A stretch of 62,636 nucleotides of DNA, counting the filler, from Collodictyon triciliatum (taxonomy: Eukaryota): the NCBI GenBank assembly GCA_043381765.1. It is 5 parts of 5 records of this genome, joined end to end, with 100 filler letters (N's around TTAATTAATTAA, not from the genome) between each part and the next. Parts side by side here need not be neighbours in the genome. Positions count along the whole stretch, not along the records: positions 1 to 18,036 come from JBHJMP010001408.1; 4 more parts are not named here. One strand, written 5' to 3'. The position numbers and the translations under genes were made by a program. Each line of letters opens with the position of its first letter. Positions within the stretch are counted from its first letter, which is position 1. Under the pieces are notes generated by a model. The model searched no databases and was not told the origin of the DNA. It saw only the letters and a list, made by a program, of their open reading frames with translations. Shown here piece by piece: positions 1 through 14,000 of this stretch.

Positions 1-186
1 AGAAAAAGAAGAAAAAGAAGAAGAAAAAGAAGAAGAAAAAGAAGAAGAAAAAGAAGAAAAAAAAGAAAAAGAAGAAGAAAAAGAAAAAAAGAAGAAAAAA
101 AAAGAAGAAAAAGAAAAAGAAGAAAAAGAAGAAGAAAAAGAAGAAGAAAAAGAAGAAGAAAAAGAAGAAGAAAAAGAAGAAAAGAA
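1..186. repeat. (GAA/GAAAAA)n purine tract, intronic
   Basis: Direct reading. Confidence 0.9.
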
Positions 187-213
187 TGTAAATATCCACA
201 CTGACAAACATAC

Positions 214-3200
214 CGGGGGTCAAATCTTGCTGTGGAATTCTTGTTGAAACAACATTCAAGGTATCGGATATATGGACTTCGTTTGCATAGCGGAATGACC
301 TTTATATGACACAGTAATATAGATTTGAAACAATAATGTTGATGGTAAAAAAAAAAAAAGAAAAGAAAAGAGGGGCGATAATTTCAGAAAGACGAAAATA
401 TTTCAGAATATAGTTGGTGACCTATAAAATTCTATAATAGGGTTCATGGTGATCGTATATGAATATTTGCTTACGGTAAAGTAGTAAGACCAGATTCGTC
501 TGTCCCTATGTATGGTTTATTGTCAAAGCACAAGAGGAATAGTTCCTTGTCCAACTTCTCGTAATCACACATAGCGAACAGCCCCCGTCCGTAAGAATAA
601 TCTATCCTGATGCAAACATAAAGCAACGACTCTAGTTCTTTTCTGAGAATATAATTTGTGCTATAGTCCAAGTCGATAATTTCAGCCGAGGATATCTGTT
701 CCAAATCAATCGACCAGCTGGGCCTCTTGATCTTCGGCTAATTGAAGATTTTTTTATATACCAAAAGTAGACCGAAAAAAAAATGAAAGAAAAGAAAACG
801 GATACATAGTTCAGATGAGATCGATCATAAATCGATAATATATATGCACGATCTTGGCATTACCTGATTAGTCTTCGGGTCTATTTCGGCAAACGGATCG
901 TTCTTCATCTCGTTGATCTAAGATGAATGAATGTAAATTATTCACGAAAATCGGTTAATGCGGTTTTTTCTTACTAAAAAAATAAAATATATTTTAGGCC
1001 TATAGTTTCTTTTAACAACGCGACAAAGTCCCATATGATAGGTATATACTAATACTAATAAAATTAAAAATAAAACAAAAAAACTACGGTACCCTCAGAG
1101 TATGAACGCGATTTAGCAAATCATTTTGGTATGCTACAATTTGCCGAATCATCTCCATCGGAATTCTTCCTTCAAGTGAAGAATTGATCAAAGCAAACAC
1201 TACCGGGGTCTACCAGAGGCAACATCCGCATTAGTGCTTCTGAGAATTGCATAGGGTCTGAATATACAAGTATAACGCCGGTAATTTTCAAGAAGAAAAA
1301 ACGAAACAAAAAACTGACAAACCCCTTCATTCATTAGTGGAACTTTGGCATTGCCGTTTTCTTTACGCAGAGTATCTTCAACACTCTCTCGCATAATGTT
1401 CCATCCCGCACAGAATTCATTGAATGTAAGAGAGAACGTATTTGAAGGGGTTTCGCTGGATAGAATAGAGAGTGTTTCACCCATAGTTTTTGCTCGAGCT
1501 TCGTCTCTGGTCATGCGTTTATCAAACAAGTTGTAAAGGTATTTCATCCACTTGATCATACTCGGTAAGTATCTGCAAGTTTACAAAATAAATGAATATA
1601 TAAGTGATGCATACTGCTAGTATATATGTATCAGACCAGTTATTCAACAAACAAACAAACAAACAAACAAACAAACAAACAAACAAACAAACAAACAAAC
1701 AAACAAAAGGTTATACATATAATTAATTTTTCACATAGCTGATGAAATAAAACCGGAATTGTATAAAGGCTAAAGAATAAATAAATATTTATATCGAATA
1801 ATTTGTTACCGAAGAGAAAGGACCGAATCTTGACGCTCCTTGAACGAGAATAGTGAATGCATGTTACTATCAGTTGAGGGAGGTAATCTCATGTACGTGG
1901 TGTCAAATAGGTCAAGTATATTCAATCGAATGCGGAATGATAATGGTAAGCTGTCTCGGACAAATTCAGGTCGTGTAACTTCTGCTGCAGGCAATGTGTC
2001 TTCCATGTCGAAGCAAAATTTTTCATTCATTTTCTGAACCTCCCTCAACAAATGTCGTGAATCATGAATAGCCTCATTGATGTCCTTTGAATATCTATTG
2101 AGGCATGATAAAAAGAGCGTTTCCTCGAAGTTCTTCCGAAGTTCGTAAGATTTGAGTACAGAAAAGTTTTCGCTCGACCTTGTGCCTAGCTCTCTTAAGG
2201 TCATATGAACAGTGATGGCCACATCCTCGTCGCTTTTTTTGGTGACCTCACGGAGAACTGCCCAATCACTACAAATTCTTTTGAAGATTACGTCAGGTTG
2301 TGAGATGGATTTGATATTGAGAGATCCTTTAGAAGTAGCAGCAAGGAAAAGAACTGAGTGCAGAAGTACTCTCATGATTCGGAAGGAAACAACATGCATC
2401 TCTCTTTCAGTGTACGTTTTAGAATCTAAAGTGGATGTTGGGACATCATATCCCTTTGGAGCACGTTCAGTGAGTTGAGAAACCATAACTTTCTCCACAT
2501 TTCGAGCAGGAACGTAAGATAAAGAATCTCCATCACGAATCACTCGGCGATGTCCTGAGAGCTGAACATTAACAATAAGTAGTCATTGAGCGAGTTGAAA
2601 GTTAATTCAATATAGGGCAATAATTCCGATACGGAGGAATTAAAAAAATGATGAAAATAAGTGAAAATGAAAATTAATGATAGTTTAAATATATTTTGGT
2701 TTATGAGAAGACGTAAAGAGGAAGATTGGCAGGAGGAGGCAAACATTAGGAGCAATAAAAGGGGGCACAATTTCTTACGGGATTATGATTAGTCCCTCCA
2801 GTATCTTCATTGCCACATTCTTGGCATCGAACGACCTCCATCGGCCAGGTACAATTCCACACGTTGTACAAGCATCCTTTCGGAGACACATAAACACCGT
2901 ATTGTGCATTAATCCATGCCACTAATGAATATAAATATTAATGAAACATGTAGCAGGATTCAATATGCGGGTAGGTCCATGATAATATACTGAAAAAATA
3001 AATCAAAATTCATAGTCAATTCGAAATATTCTTAAAGCACAGTAATACATACATGCATTCTTCTTTCGAGAGTCATCAGGCATAGATACCCAATAACTGT
3101 CAATGACGGAATCTGGATCTGCAAGTAGCTTGAGGAATGGGGTAGAATTTTCAGGAACGGAAACAACACTGGCAAAAACATTTGCGAGCACTGCCGAGAG

Positions 3201-6200
3201 ATACGCAAATGAATGGGGATAGTTTGGTTTGCAGACAAGGTCCGGAATAGGGAATTTGTTCTCTGCAAACATACTGAGAATATTTTTCATGTATTTTGGC
3301 CACGGTAGATCGTTTATGTACTTGATAATATCGGATATGGTAAACTTTCGAGCATGCTCATCAAGGGCACCATAGCGAAGATAAACCTTTAATTCAATTC
3401 GATGTGAATATAATTGCATTAAGGATATTTTTATGTAGGATTATTTTTTATCTCTCCGAAATGAAATAAAAAGATAGAAAAAATTTTAATTATTTACGCG
3501 ATCATATATGGCCAATATGAATGCCCTCATGAATATTGGATTGTTTTTTTCTTCAGTTGTATATTTGGGCAGCTGTCCCGCCTTTCCAACGAGTGAGAAT
3601 TCCAATTTATCCACAATATTCATGTAGAATGCACGGTAAGTACCAATATCTTGAAGGCTGTTGGTAAAATGAGAGAAGGGCACCACAGTTGGCACGTCAC
3701 TAGCATTTTGTTGGTTAATGAACCGAATGACTTCGGAATTTGAGAGATTTTTGAATTTCAAAAGTAAAAGCATCATGATCGTGCGCGAGAGCTGGAAACC
3801 ACTCTTGCTGTAAATTTTCTTGATAAAATATTTGATGAGAGCAGAGAAGTAAGGTCCCTCAGCACCCGGTAGCGTCAGGCCAAAGAGGGCCATATATTCA
3901 TCGGGGATGATGTTCAACTCCTGAAATTTCACGGTAATATCATGCGATATCAAGTCATAAAACTGCTTTCTGAATGCAATGTTCTCGAGGACATCGATCA
4001 TCGATTTACATGAGGAAAGAGGATTGTGATTTACAAAGTTGACAAACGCTTGATTATTCCCTCTATACAAATCTGAAATAAAGTCCTGGAAGGTTTCAAC
4101 ATAAAGAGCAGCGAGTGGACACGAAATGGAAGTTAGAGGCTGCAGAAGGGTCTTCGCTTTTGCTCTCCATTGGCTATCGGCCCAATTATTACCCTCCAAG
4201 TGCAGGATTTTCCCGAGGATAGAAGTGCGTGTAGACTGTGAGACTGAAATCTCATTCCTTACGAGGCGGCTGTCACTATCGAAGACAACGCGGGATATTT
4301 CATCCAAAAGGTAGTCATCCTTGATATTGGTGTTCAAAAATATGATGCGTGTCGAGTCGTGGAAGATTCTCTCAAAATGAGAGTTTTGCAAATACAATTC
4401 CCTTTTCACAGAAACACAAAAAGTAACGAGTTCCTCCCACAGCTCGAATGATTGAAAGTGCGATGGATCTGTCATAGTGGATTTCAAATTGCCGATGAAG
4501 GTTTCAATTCGGTCGCGAACTTCTTCATTGGTCAGATTTGAGAAAAGAATCCGGGACAACTGTAGATGACGATATCTGACAATCACATCAAGAATTCCCT
4601 GCGTATCTAAAGAGATTGAAAAATCATCGCTTTCAGTAACATTGTTTTCTGAGTCGAGTATATTCACGAGTTTCCCAAGCTTCAAAAAGAAGGTGTGATT
4701 TTCATAGCTAGATGTTGCTTCACCATCTAACAACGAGTAGATAATTTTTACTTTCAGCTCCAATATTGAACCAAAATCCTCATCGCTTATATTGCTGTAA
4801 ATAGTGTCCAATAAATTGTTGGGCAAAAACGACAGGGCTTGGTTCAACTCCAACAAAAAGGTACCGTGATACCAGGAGATAACATGTACTGTGTGGACGT
4901 AACGGTATGATTTCAACAGCTTGAGAGCAGTCTCAAAGAAAATGAGCAATATATTTGAAATTTTTTCTCGCTTCTGCTCGTCCTTATGAACGGAAAGGTA
5001 TTCCAGGGAGCGGACGTAGTCAACAAGATATTGGTGAGTAAGCTTATCCAGTACTTCATCATGGATTGTGTAGAGGAATGGGAACGAAGAACGACAGAGA
5101 CCTTCCAGCAAAACGATACATTGGTTCATCTTTTTGTTACTGTCGATACTGGATCCTATTTCCCCGCGATATCCTTCAATGGACCCAGCTATGAATGTAC
5201 TAAAGGGGAAGAATAGCTTGCTTCCAACCCTCAGAAGCCTCTTTGATACACCCAGGGCAACTTTGCCCTTCATGGCCTGTGATTCAAGCCTCCACAGAGG
5301 GTCATACGACAAGAAAGACAGCCAAATGTCGTGGATGGACTGTCTCAATTCTGGATGGTCATTTGATTGCAACAAGAGAAGGTTGCGTCCGTAACAGGAT
5401 ATATCCAAGAGATGGGACAGCTCGGTGTAGAATGCCTCGCGCAGCTTCTCAAACATAGCATTTCGCAAGCAGCCCTCCTTCTCGAGCAGCCTGATATCCT
5501 GGGGTTCGGAGGGATTCCACAAGCTCGAGCCGAGGAAGGTAGATGTTTTGTTTCTGAATGCTGCTATGAGTCTCTGCAAGAATTTCAGACGGAATGCCTC
5601 GTCTCCACCAACTCTGAAGAGAGTCCCGAACAACTGGATTTGCTCGGTCAAGTGAGAGCCCATTTGCGTGGCTGAGAGAGGCATGGCATGGACATATTCT
5701 TTCTCGACAAGTATTTCAAAGTTCATAATGTTTGTATCGCTGATGGCTTGTGAGACCGTCTTTTGTACCAGGGATGAAAGCTCTGGAATACCGTCGATGT
5801 ATCCAGGAAGCAGTGTGTCAAGGTAGATGTGGGTCCATGTGCGGTCAAATATGGCGGGTGTCTCGGTTTTCTTTTGATCTTTTGTCTCAAGCGCATTCAT
5901 CTTATCTGAACGCCTCAAACGGCGTGGGACGTAGTGAATAAGAATGATATGCTTCTTTGAAGGGTTGTGGCATGTAAGCTGCTTCTCCAAGTAGATAAAT
6001 TTGAAGTGATCAAGCCGCTCTAATGAACAGTATGAGGATTGGAATCCAACAATAAGATAACTCTCTTCCTGTTTGCTGAAGAATTCACCAAGACTCGCGT
6101 TGAGTGCTTGCTCTGTCAGGATGCAGCCGAGGTCGAGGGTGTCAACAGTCCAATGGAACTTGCGTTCGAGTGTTTGTTTCATAATGTCGAGGCCGGAGCC

Positions 6201-8522
6201 AAGCGCGTGAGTCCAGACAGAAAGATGAAGTCCGCTGGATTTTGTGTGTGGGAAACTCTTTTCCACTCCGTGCTCACCAATGTAAGACATCAAGTCCACA
6301 AGATTTTGGTGAGACTGTTTGTCAAAGTATATGTCTCGGACTGGAAGGTTGCCTATCTCAAGCTCACTTCTGAGGTTCAAGGCCCACTCCGGCTTGGCAA
6401 TCCAGATGAGAAGCTTCATGGAGTAGGCGAAGATGTCCTCCGGTGTCTCTGCAATATTACTGGTGCATAGGACAAGGGATTGGAATATTTCATCATGGTA
6501 ACCAGCGAAGACAGACTCTGGAGTAAAAGTGTCATTCTTGACATGCTGAGAGACCCAGTTCTAAATAAAGAAAAAGTATGTAATTAAACGATGAAAGAAA
6601 AAGAAAAAGAAAAAGAAAAAGAAAAAGAAAAAGAAAAAGAAAAAGACCTTCAACATCACGCACACATCAGAAAGCACAGGGGTTAGTAAGTCATCCACAG
6701 TGAGAAGCTGCTTTTCAAATCTGTTGAGGAACGGTGGCGGCAGACCATCAGGAGGCAAAGAATAGACTTCTTGTTGATTGGCAATCACGATGCACTTGAA
6801 GCGGTCATCCACAACGTAAAGCTCCTCTGATTGGGCACCGATGGGGAGATAGCAATACTTTCTTTGATTGAGCACAACATAGTGCTGGTTCAGCACGTCG
6901 TAAAGACTTTCGTAGATGTTTTGCTGTTTCACCAAAACAATACACTTTCCGGCTTCCATGCACTCACGAATGTTAAACATGACCTTGCTGATGTGATGGT
7001 CGTCGTGGTTATCTGGGTAATCTGCTGCATAAAAGATTCTTGTGTTCTCGTAAGATAGTTTCCCTTCATCATACAGATACTGAAGACCGTAGTTGTTATC
7101 GGTGACAACCATCAAATGGCGAGCGAAGGGGTCGGTCAAGTTTCTTGCAACAAGGTCAACCACAGGGATTTTGTGCAAGTCTGCAACACCCATTTCTTGT
7201 TGAAATACGCCAAACTTCTCCAACAAACGAGAAATACGGTCGCCATTCAGATTGCGGCAGATGGCCTCAGAGACAGAGTCTGATGTAACATCACGATTTC
7301 TTCTTTCAAGAAACTTGACAAAGTTGTAGAAATCGCGGAGTCCATAGTAATCATCCTTTGATGTTTTACCTGATGTCTCTTTTGCGAGGTCGAGTCCGAA
7401 AATCTTAGGTTGGAAGTTGTTGTACACAGTTTTGTAGGCAACTGATACCTTTTTTAAAGTATCTGATTTTGCAGGTTGTGTCCTTGCATCAAACCCAAGA
7501 ATTTCAATCGCAGTTTTGTGCAGGTCATCGATGCTAGGGTCAGGTCTATTGAGCACCAGCATGCGATTGGCCTTGGCTGCATCCAGTTCCCAGTTGGAAA
7601 TACCCACAACAGCAACTTTCGGCTTATCAAGCACCCAATGCAGCACCTTAAGGGGAAGGTCTGGACTTTGCTCGGCAAGTCCCACTTCATCTAATAGAAC
7701 CACTGGTAACATGTTTTCGGCCAGGCCGTGATGGGCTCGGTTGTAAACATCAAGGATTCCATTTGGAGTGGACAGAGGAGAGCATTGGTAAGTATAAAAG
7801 ACCAAGGAGGGAAATTTCTTAAAGAAGCCTGTCTTTTTCCTTTCAACGTTGAAGTTGCTCTTGAGGACTTGGATAGAGAAGGACTTTGAGCTTCCAGGTT
7901 TACCGACAATCAAAGAAGGCATCAAGCAAAAAATGGATACTATCATGATAAACAGGTTTTCGGTCAGAGCAAAGTTGCGAGACGTGTTTGATAAAAGTTC
8001 TAGATTTCGCATGTAGCATTGCTGCTCTTGGCTAAGGACACTCAAGTAAAATTTCGCATCTACTCGGAGAGGCCTGGCAACAAACAGGTCTGTGCCAGAT
8101 GAGCCTTGTGGAGGTTCTGCTTTGATACATTCGACCATTTTCGCCACGTAAGCAGTTCTGTTTTTATCGCCAAGTCGGTAATAGTAGCAGCATGAAAGAG
8201 CAAGGATAATAGAAGTGAGCTCCTTGTCAAGTCTCTGGGTGGTTGGAATCTTGGCCTCGGTATAGAACTTGACTCTATCTGGGTCATGTGAAATGAACCA
8301 TTTCTGCAGGGAAGTACATCGGTGCACATCACGCAAACTCACACAGGAGTTATCTTTGTATATACCTCTAAGGAAATCATGAGAGGCAACGATCATTCTC
8401 GAAAAAAGGTTTGTTTTCTCGGGCTTTCGGTCGTTACATAAAGTTGACGTATCAGTTAGCAAATTCGGATCATTTTGAAGAAGTGTGCATGAATGTATAT
8501 GTGTAGAATACGGGAGAAGAGG

Positions 8523-8611
<89 letters not shown>

Positions 8612-10945
8612 AAAAAAAAAAAATCAAAAATCAAAAATCAAAAATCAAAAATCAAAAATCAAAAATCAAAAATCAAAAATCAAAAATCAAAAATCAAAAA
8701 TCAAAAATCAAAAATCAAAAACTTACATTCAAGGTTGGATTCTGAACAATTGAGGGGACATACTGGTTCTCATCTTTGATAGATAGCGAACCAAAGTCCC
8801 AAACATGCATAGCCATGGAAGGTGGGATAGGATATACCAAGTATACCAAGCGGTCAAGTAACTCATCTTTGAACAAAGCGTTCTGAGGAGAGTTGTACTT
8901 GAAAATGAGGCCGGAGACAGCCCGGTTTTCAGTTTCGACTCGGAAGCGGTAGGGATTACAAGCTCCAATAATTGCGACATTGGCTGGGAATGGAATTCCG
9001 TCACAACTTCTATCGCACAGGCATTCTAGATAGACGTGTTGCTTTTTTTTTAGGAACACAAGTATTGGCCGTTCACTTTCTAGAGAAAATCGTAGAAATA
9101 TGGTGCTTTCTTCATTTAAAAAGAGAAAACAAGTAATATATCAAGATTAACCTTTGAAAAGGCCCATACAATTGGCGGCATTAATCTCGTCAAAGAATAA
9201 ATAAATTTGTTGTTTAGGGTTCTCCATAGCCGCATCTATGGGACATTTAAGACAGAGAAAAAAAAAAAGAAGATTAATTCTGATAAGATTGTGATTTATA
9301 GACACATCAATTTTTTTTATTTGTTTGTATGCACGTATGTATTAATTTTTCTATGTTCCTAGGTTTGTTTCATCATTCGAGCTACCTCTTGCTTTCTGTG
9401 CAATTTCTTTGACATCTTGCTCCTTAATGCCACCTGGGATAAAGAGAATATTACTCCTTTTGTTTTATTTTATTTTTTTAAAAAAAAGAAATATTCATCG
9501 GTTAGATATGGTCATACGCCCTCCACTACAAATTGGATGTGCATACCATGAACATCGAGAGTGAAGCTTTGACCCTCCATAATATCACAAAGGAATTTAA
9601 TGAGCCTCGTTTTCCCACATCCAGTTTCTCCCTTTTGATATGTATAGGGGGCTCAATAAAATGAATAAAGGCTGGTTGAGGGATTATGCAGAATTCTTGT
9701 GAATTAGTTAGGTTTGTGTATACTTTTAAAGACTCACCATAATAATGATTGGCAGACCGCTCTTAATTCTAAAGAACACAGAGACAATCTTGAGGAGATT
9801 ATCACGTGTGATAATAAACTCTTTTCCTGGCTGCTCGGCCATGAGTTTGATTTTCTCGACTCTTTCTCCAAATAAGATGGAAAGTTCCTCGTAGGCTTGC
9901 TCCTTGGTTATAGTGGTTATATTCGTTGGAGCAATCCCAAATTGAGCCATTTGCCGAGTCAATGTATGATAGAATCTCTCTTCAGGAGGAACAAGGACTC
10001 TGAACGAGCCGTCTCCTTTATGATTGAGGAGCACAAGAGGATGGTCCGAGTCAGACCATGTTCGTTTGAGTTCGAACGCGTTGTAAGCATTTGCTTCAGT
10101 ATATTGACCTGCGATGAATAGATTTCGGTCGAAGCAACTGATCGAAAAGTCTATCGCAGATTTCAACAAAACTTTGATGATTTCTTCTCGGATTTTCTTT
10201 GATTCCTTCAATCGAGTCGGAGTTAAGTGTTCGCTCATTTCAAACAGCTCCATTTGATAGAAACAAAACTTGACGAAACTGATTTGGAACGGTCTATCTT
10301 GTGGGCAAAACTCATCTAGAAGCTCCTGGCATCTGAGATCGGTATATTGTGTGATATATACTCCATTTCAATGAAATTTCATGAGTATGTACGTACAAAG
10401 TGGGCTCTTATAATTAATATTTGGTGGACATTCATATTATGCAGTCTCACCAGTAATTGATAGATAAATACATATGCGGCGATGGTAATGAATGAGTGAT
10501 TGATAATAACAATAACAAAATAAAATCTTTGAATCGAATAAAGGAAAAATAATAAAATAATAAAATAATAAAATAATAAAAACAACAATAATAATAACAA
10601 TAACAACTATAATAAAATAATAATAATGCTCAATTACGTCATTTCAGGTAGATCGGGGACCATGTGGGGGTTGAAGAGTAATGAGCGTATCTTATCCTCT
10701 TTGTAGGCCTTGATGGTTTTGCAGACGTATTGAATCATGTTTTGTGCCTGTCCAGACTTTGCTTTCACAACCAGATCTGGATTATATATGCTAACATCCA
10801 GCGGCAGCTTTACATCGATGATAGGAAGGAGAGACAAGAAATGCATGGCAGTGTGGGTCAGCCCATGGTTCATATTTGGAACTTCGATGAAGATGTGCTG
10901 TGGATAATTTAGAGATTGAACCATCAAGGTTAGCATTTCTTGGTG

Positions 10946-11042
<97 letters not shown>

Positions 11043-14000
11043 TGAAAATAACGCTGAATCATTTACTACTCCTCTAAAATGGTTTATTAAAACAAGTTTA
11101 GCTTATCATATTTACAATCACTTCTCATCTTATTGATACTTACACAAGGTTTGTCGAGATGAAATACATGTCCATTCATATCTTCCAGGGAACGTAGAAT
11201 CAAAAGAGAGAAGAATATTTTTCCGACTTCCTGGATTGTAGTTGTCCCAAGATTGAAATAGATCAATCTGGGTTCGGAAGAGAGCTTCTGAGTTAGCTGC
11301 TCTATTAAGTGGCTGACGGTGACGGAACCGTTAATTTGGATGGATTGAAAGTTTCCGCCCAACTCCATATATTTCTTTTTGACCAAAAAAGTCTTTCCGT
11401 AGCCAGGGGATAGGCTTGTTAGGATAAACGCACTGATTTTACTTTCAGTGAACAGGAATTCAGATGCCTTCTTCAGGCGAATGTCATCATAGGCAGATTT
11501 TGGCATGTTGCGGCGGCATTTGGCAAAGGCAGTGAGAAGAGGCTGCTTTTCTTTCTCCTTGGACACAATAACTAGGTAAGGCGTAAAGGTCACAGGCATT
11601 TCGTTTTTGTAAAACTGAACCATCGATTGCTGAATATCATGAGAGAGGTTCTCAGGCTCAAGCACCATGTAAACACTGTGTCGCTCAGATTGCTTCTGGA
11701 AACAGCGATAGAGGAATATCTGCACCTGCTCTAGTGTTGTAGTGGAGGTGCAGTCAAGAACCTCATCAGCAGTAGGTGCACGGCTCAAAAGCCCATAGTA
11801 AATGGACATGCAAATCATGAACACAGTTTTGGCATCAGGTGAATAAAGAATGTTTGGTTCATTTCGGCGAAGAGATGCCCAGTCGAGAGGACGGTCTTGC
11901 AATTCCAGGTCCCTTGGTGGGGGTTCAACAAAGGAATCTTTAAATTTCTCGAGTGCCTCTACAGTTTGTACAAGCCTGCTAGATAATCCATCATCGACAT
12001 TCCTAGATGCACTCACAATTCTAGACGTGTGAGTTCTAGTTATATCTTGGGTCGAAAAAGGAAGGACTCTCTGGATAAACTTGTAGAAAGTCTCATTTTC
12101 AGGAATGCGTAAAGGAAAGCCGGTGTTCATGATGGAGAATAACTGCTTTGTAGTAAAGAAGTTCACCACTGTATACTCTCTGCGTAGGGTTTGGACAATA
12201 CCTTCAAGCTCCTTAAATCTATGGTTTTCTAATTTACTTATTTGTGCAATTTTCTCGGCATCGAACGGCATGTTGTACGTAATGGTGCCCTCCTTTATAT
12301 AAAAGATATTATTTGTATTAGAATTTTTATTAGTAATTTTTTTCCCTATCTTTTACAGGGGTCATGTTGAGATTGTCTTGTTTTTAGGACTGTTTCGATC
12401 ACGACGCTTTATTCATGCGTTTTTTTTATAAAAAAAAATGATAAATAATCAAATTCATATAAATCATATATAAATAGAAGAGTTCCATTATTTGTTGAAT
12501 AAATTGACAAACTTGATAGTCTGGGTGGCCACTGGCTTTATAGTCTGAAATCATATGGAAATATTTGAATATCTCGACAATAAAGTCAACCAACGTCTTC
12601 ATGGACACTGCTTTATCCTCGCTGATGTCTCTTCCCAAGGACAGCATCAATGAAATGCGGGATCTGAGGGTATCGAGCTCAAGGTATGGGAATACCTTAG
12701 CATCACTTTCTGAGATATGTTTGCATAACAGGTCTATGCTACTTTTCGTCATGATAATTTGGAATTGGTAACCCTATAAATTAAAGTTCAATATTTTAAA
12801 GGAAAGATTCAAGAGAAGCTGAAAGATTTTTTTTTTTTAGGTATAAGATGAAACTAAAAGTAGAGATTGTATATTCTCACCTTCAAGATAGACTCCATAT
12901 CATTAATTGCCTGGCTCGAGGGTGTGGTGAGAGCTGTTTCGAGAATCACTTGAATATTCTCCATATTTTCAGTGACGTTATTGACGGCATCTAACAGTGC
13001 TTTCTTTGCTCTTTTCTCAGAGAGGCACTGGACATATTCACGTAGACTTGTGCTTCCACTCTTTTTCCACATGAAGATGGGATAAAACGCTTGCCAACAC
13101 GAGCGCAAGTCACGAATATATCTATGCTGAATATCACTCCTACAACGCACAACACACATTTCAAAAAGAGTCCTGACACCCTCCCAGTTGCCTTTATTTA
13201 GGCCTTCCAAGAATTCCAAGAATGTTGGCTTTGAAATGGTGTATAGATCTGCCAAAGATAGCTCTAATTTTCCAAAGTGATCGAAGGATCGATGCCACAG
13301 TTGCTGAATATGCTTGATGGTCAGTGCCGATTGAGGGTCAAGAATGGAGGATGTGGTTGGCTTGGTGGTAGAGGGCTTCTTTTCAATGTCCTGGGTAACT
13401 TGGAATGTCTTTTGGACGATGTAAATTTCATGGTCCTCTGAGCTCGGAATTTCATACTTTATATTTGAAAGGAATTTCAGGAATTTAGGGAGGATGCAAA
13501 CCGTTCTCTCGTAAGTTTCCAGACGATAGATATCTTGGGGGTCAATCTCGAGAGTTCGGGTCAATTTCTTGGACTGAAGAGTTTTCTCCAACGATAGGAG
13601 ATCCCTTTCCACTGTTTTGTTCTCGACAATACCGACTTCAATATAGCGCCTAAAGACGACTATATCCATCTCTTGAGATGACACTTGTCTGTGGAACTCA
13701 GAAAAGATTTGAAGAGCAGGTTCTACATATCGCAGGCGAAGGGTTTCTGTCAATATTTCAAGGTCCGGCTCGGCTCCAAATGCGTGGATCTGTTCAGAAC
13801 TGCCCTTTATGGATAAGGCATATGTTGTCCATAGATTTTTTGCCAATTGGTTACCACACAAGTTTGAAAAAACAGGTAGGTGAGGCCAAAGTGAAGGCAG
13901 AGGGAGGCGGTTTGTTGATGATTCGATATTCAACCCACCCCAAGCACGCTCAATCGAAGTATACATGGTTTCAAGAGTGTCGTAAACGACCGCGTTTCCA

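Noticed and set aside
3415-3432. U12-type intron signals (ATATCCTTAAT here; GTATCCTA at 39599)
   Set aside because: The matching donor is GTAAAT (U2-type), and the second site is imperfect and not at an inferred exon boundary.
8485-8753. Poly-K, poly-F, poly-N/Y, (TK)n, (ISSHL)n and similar ORFs in the track
   Set aside because: They are translations of intronic microsatellites.
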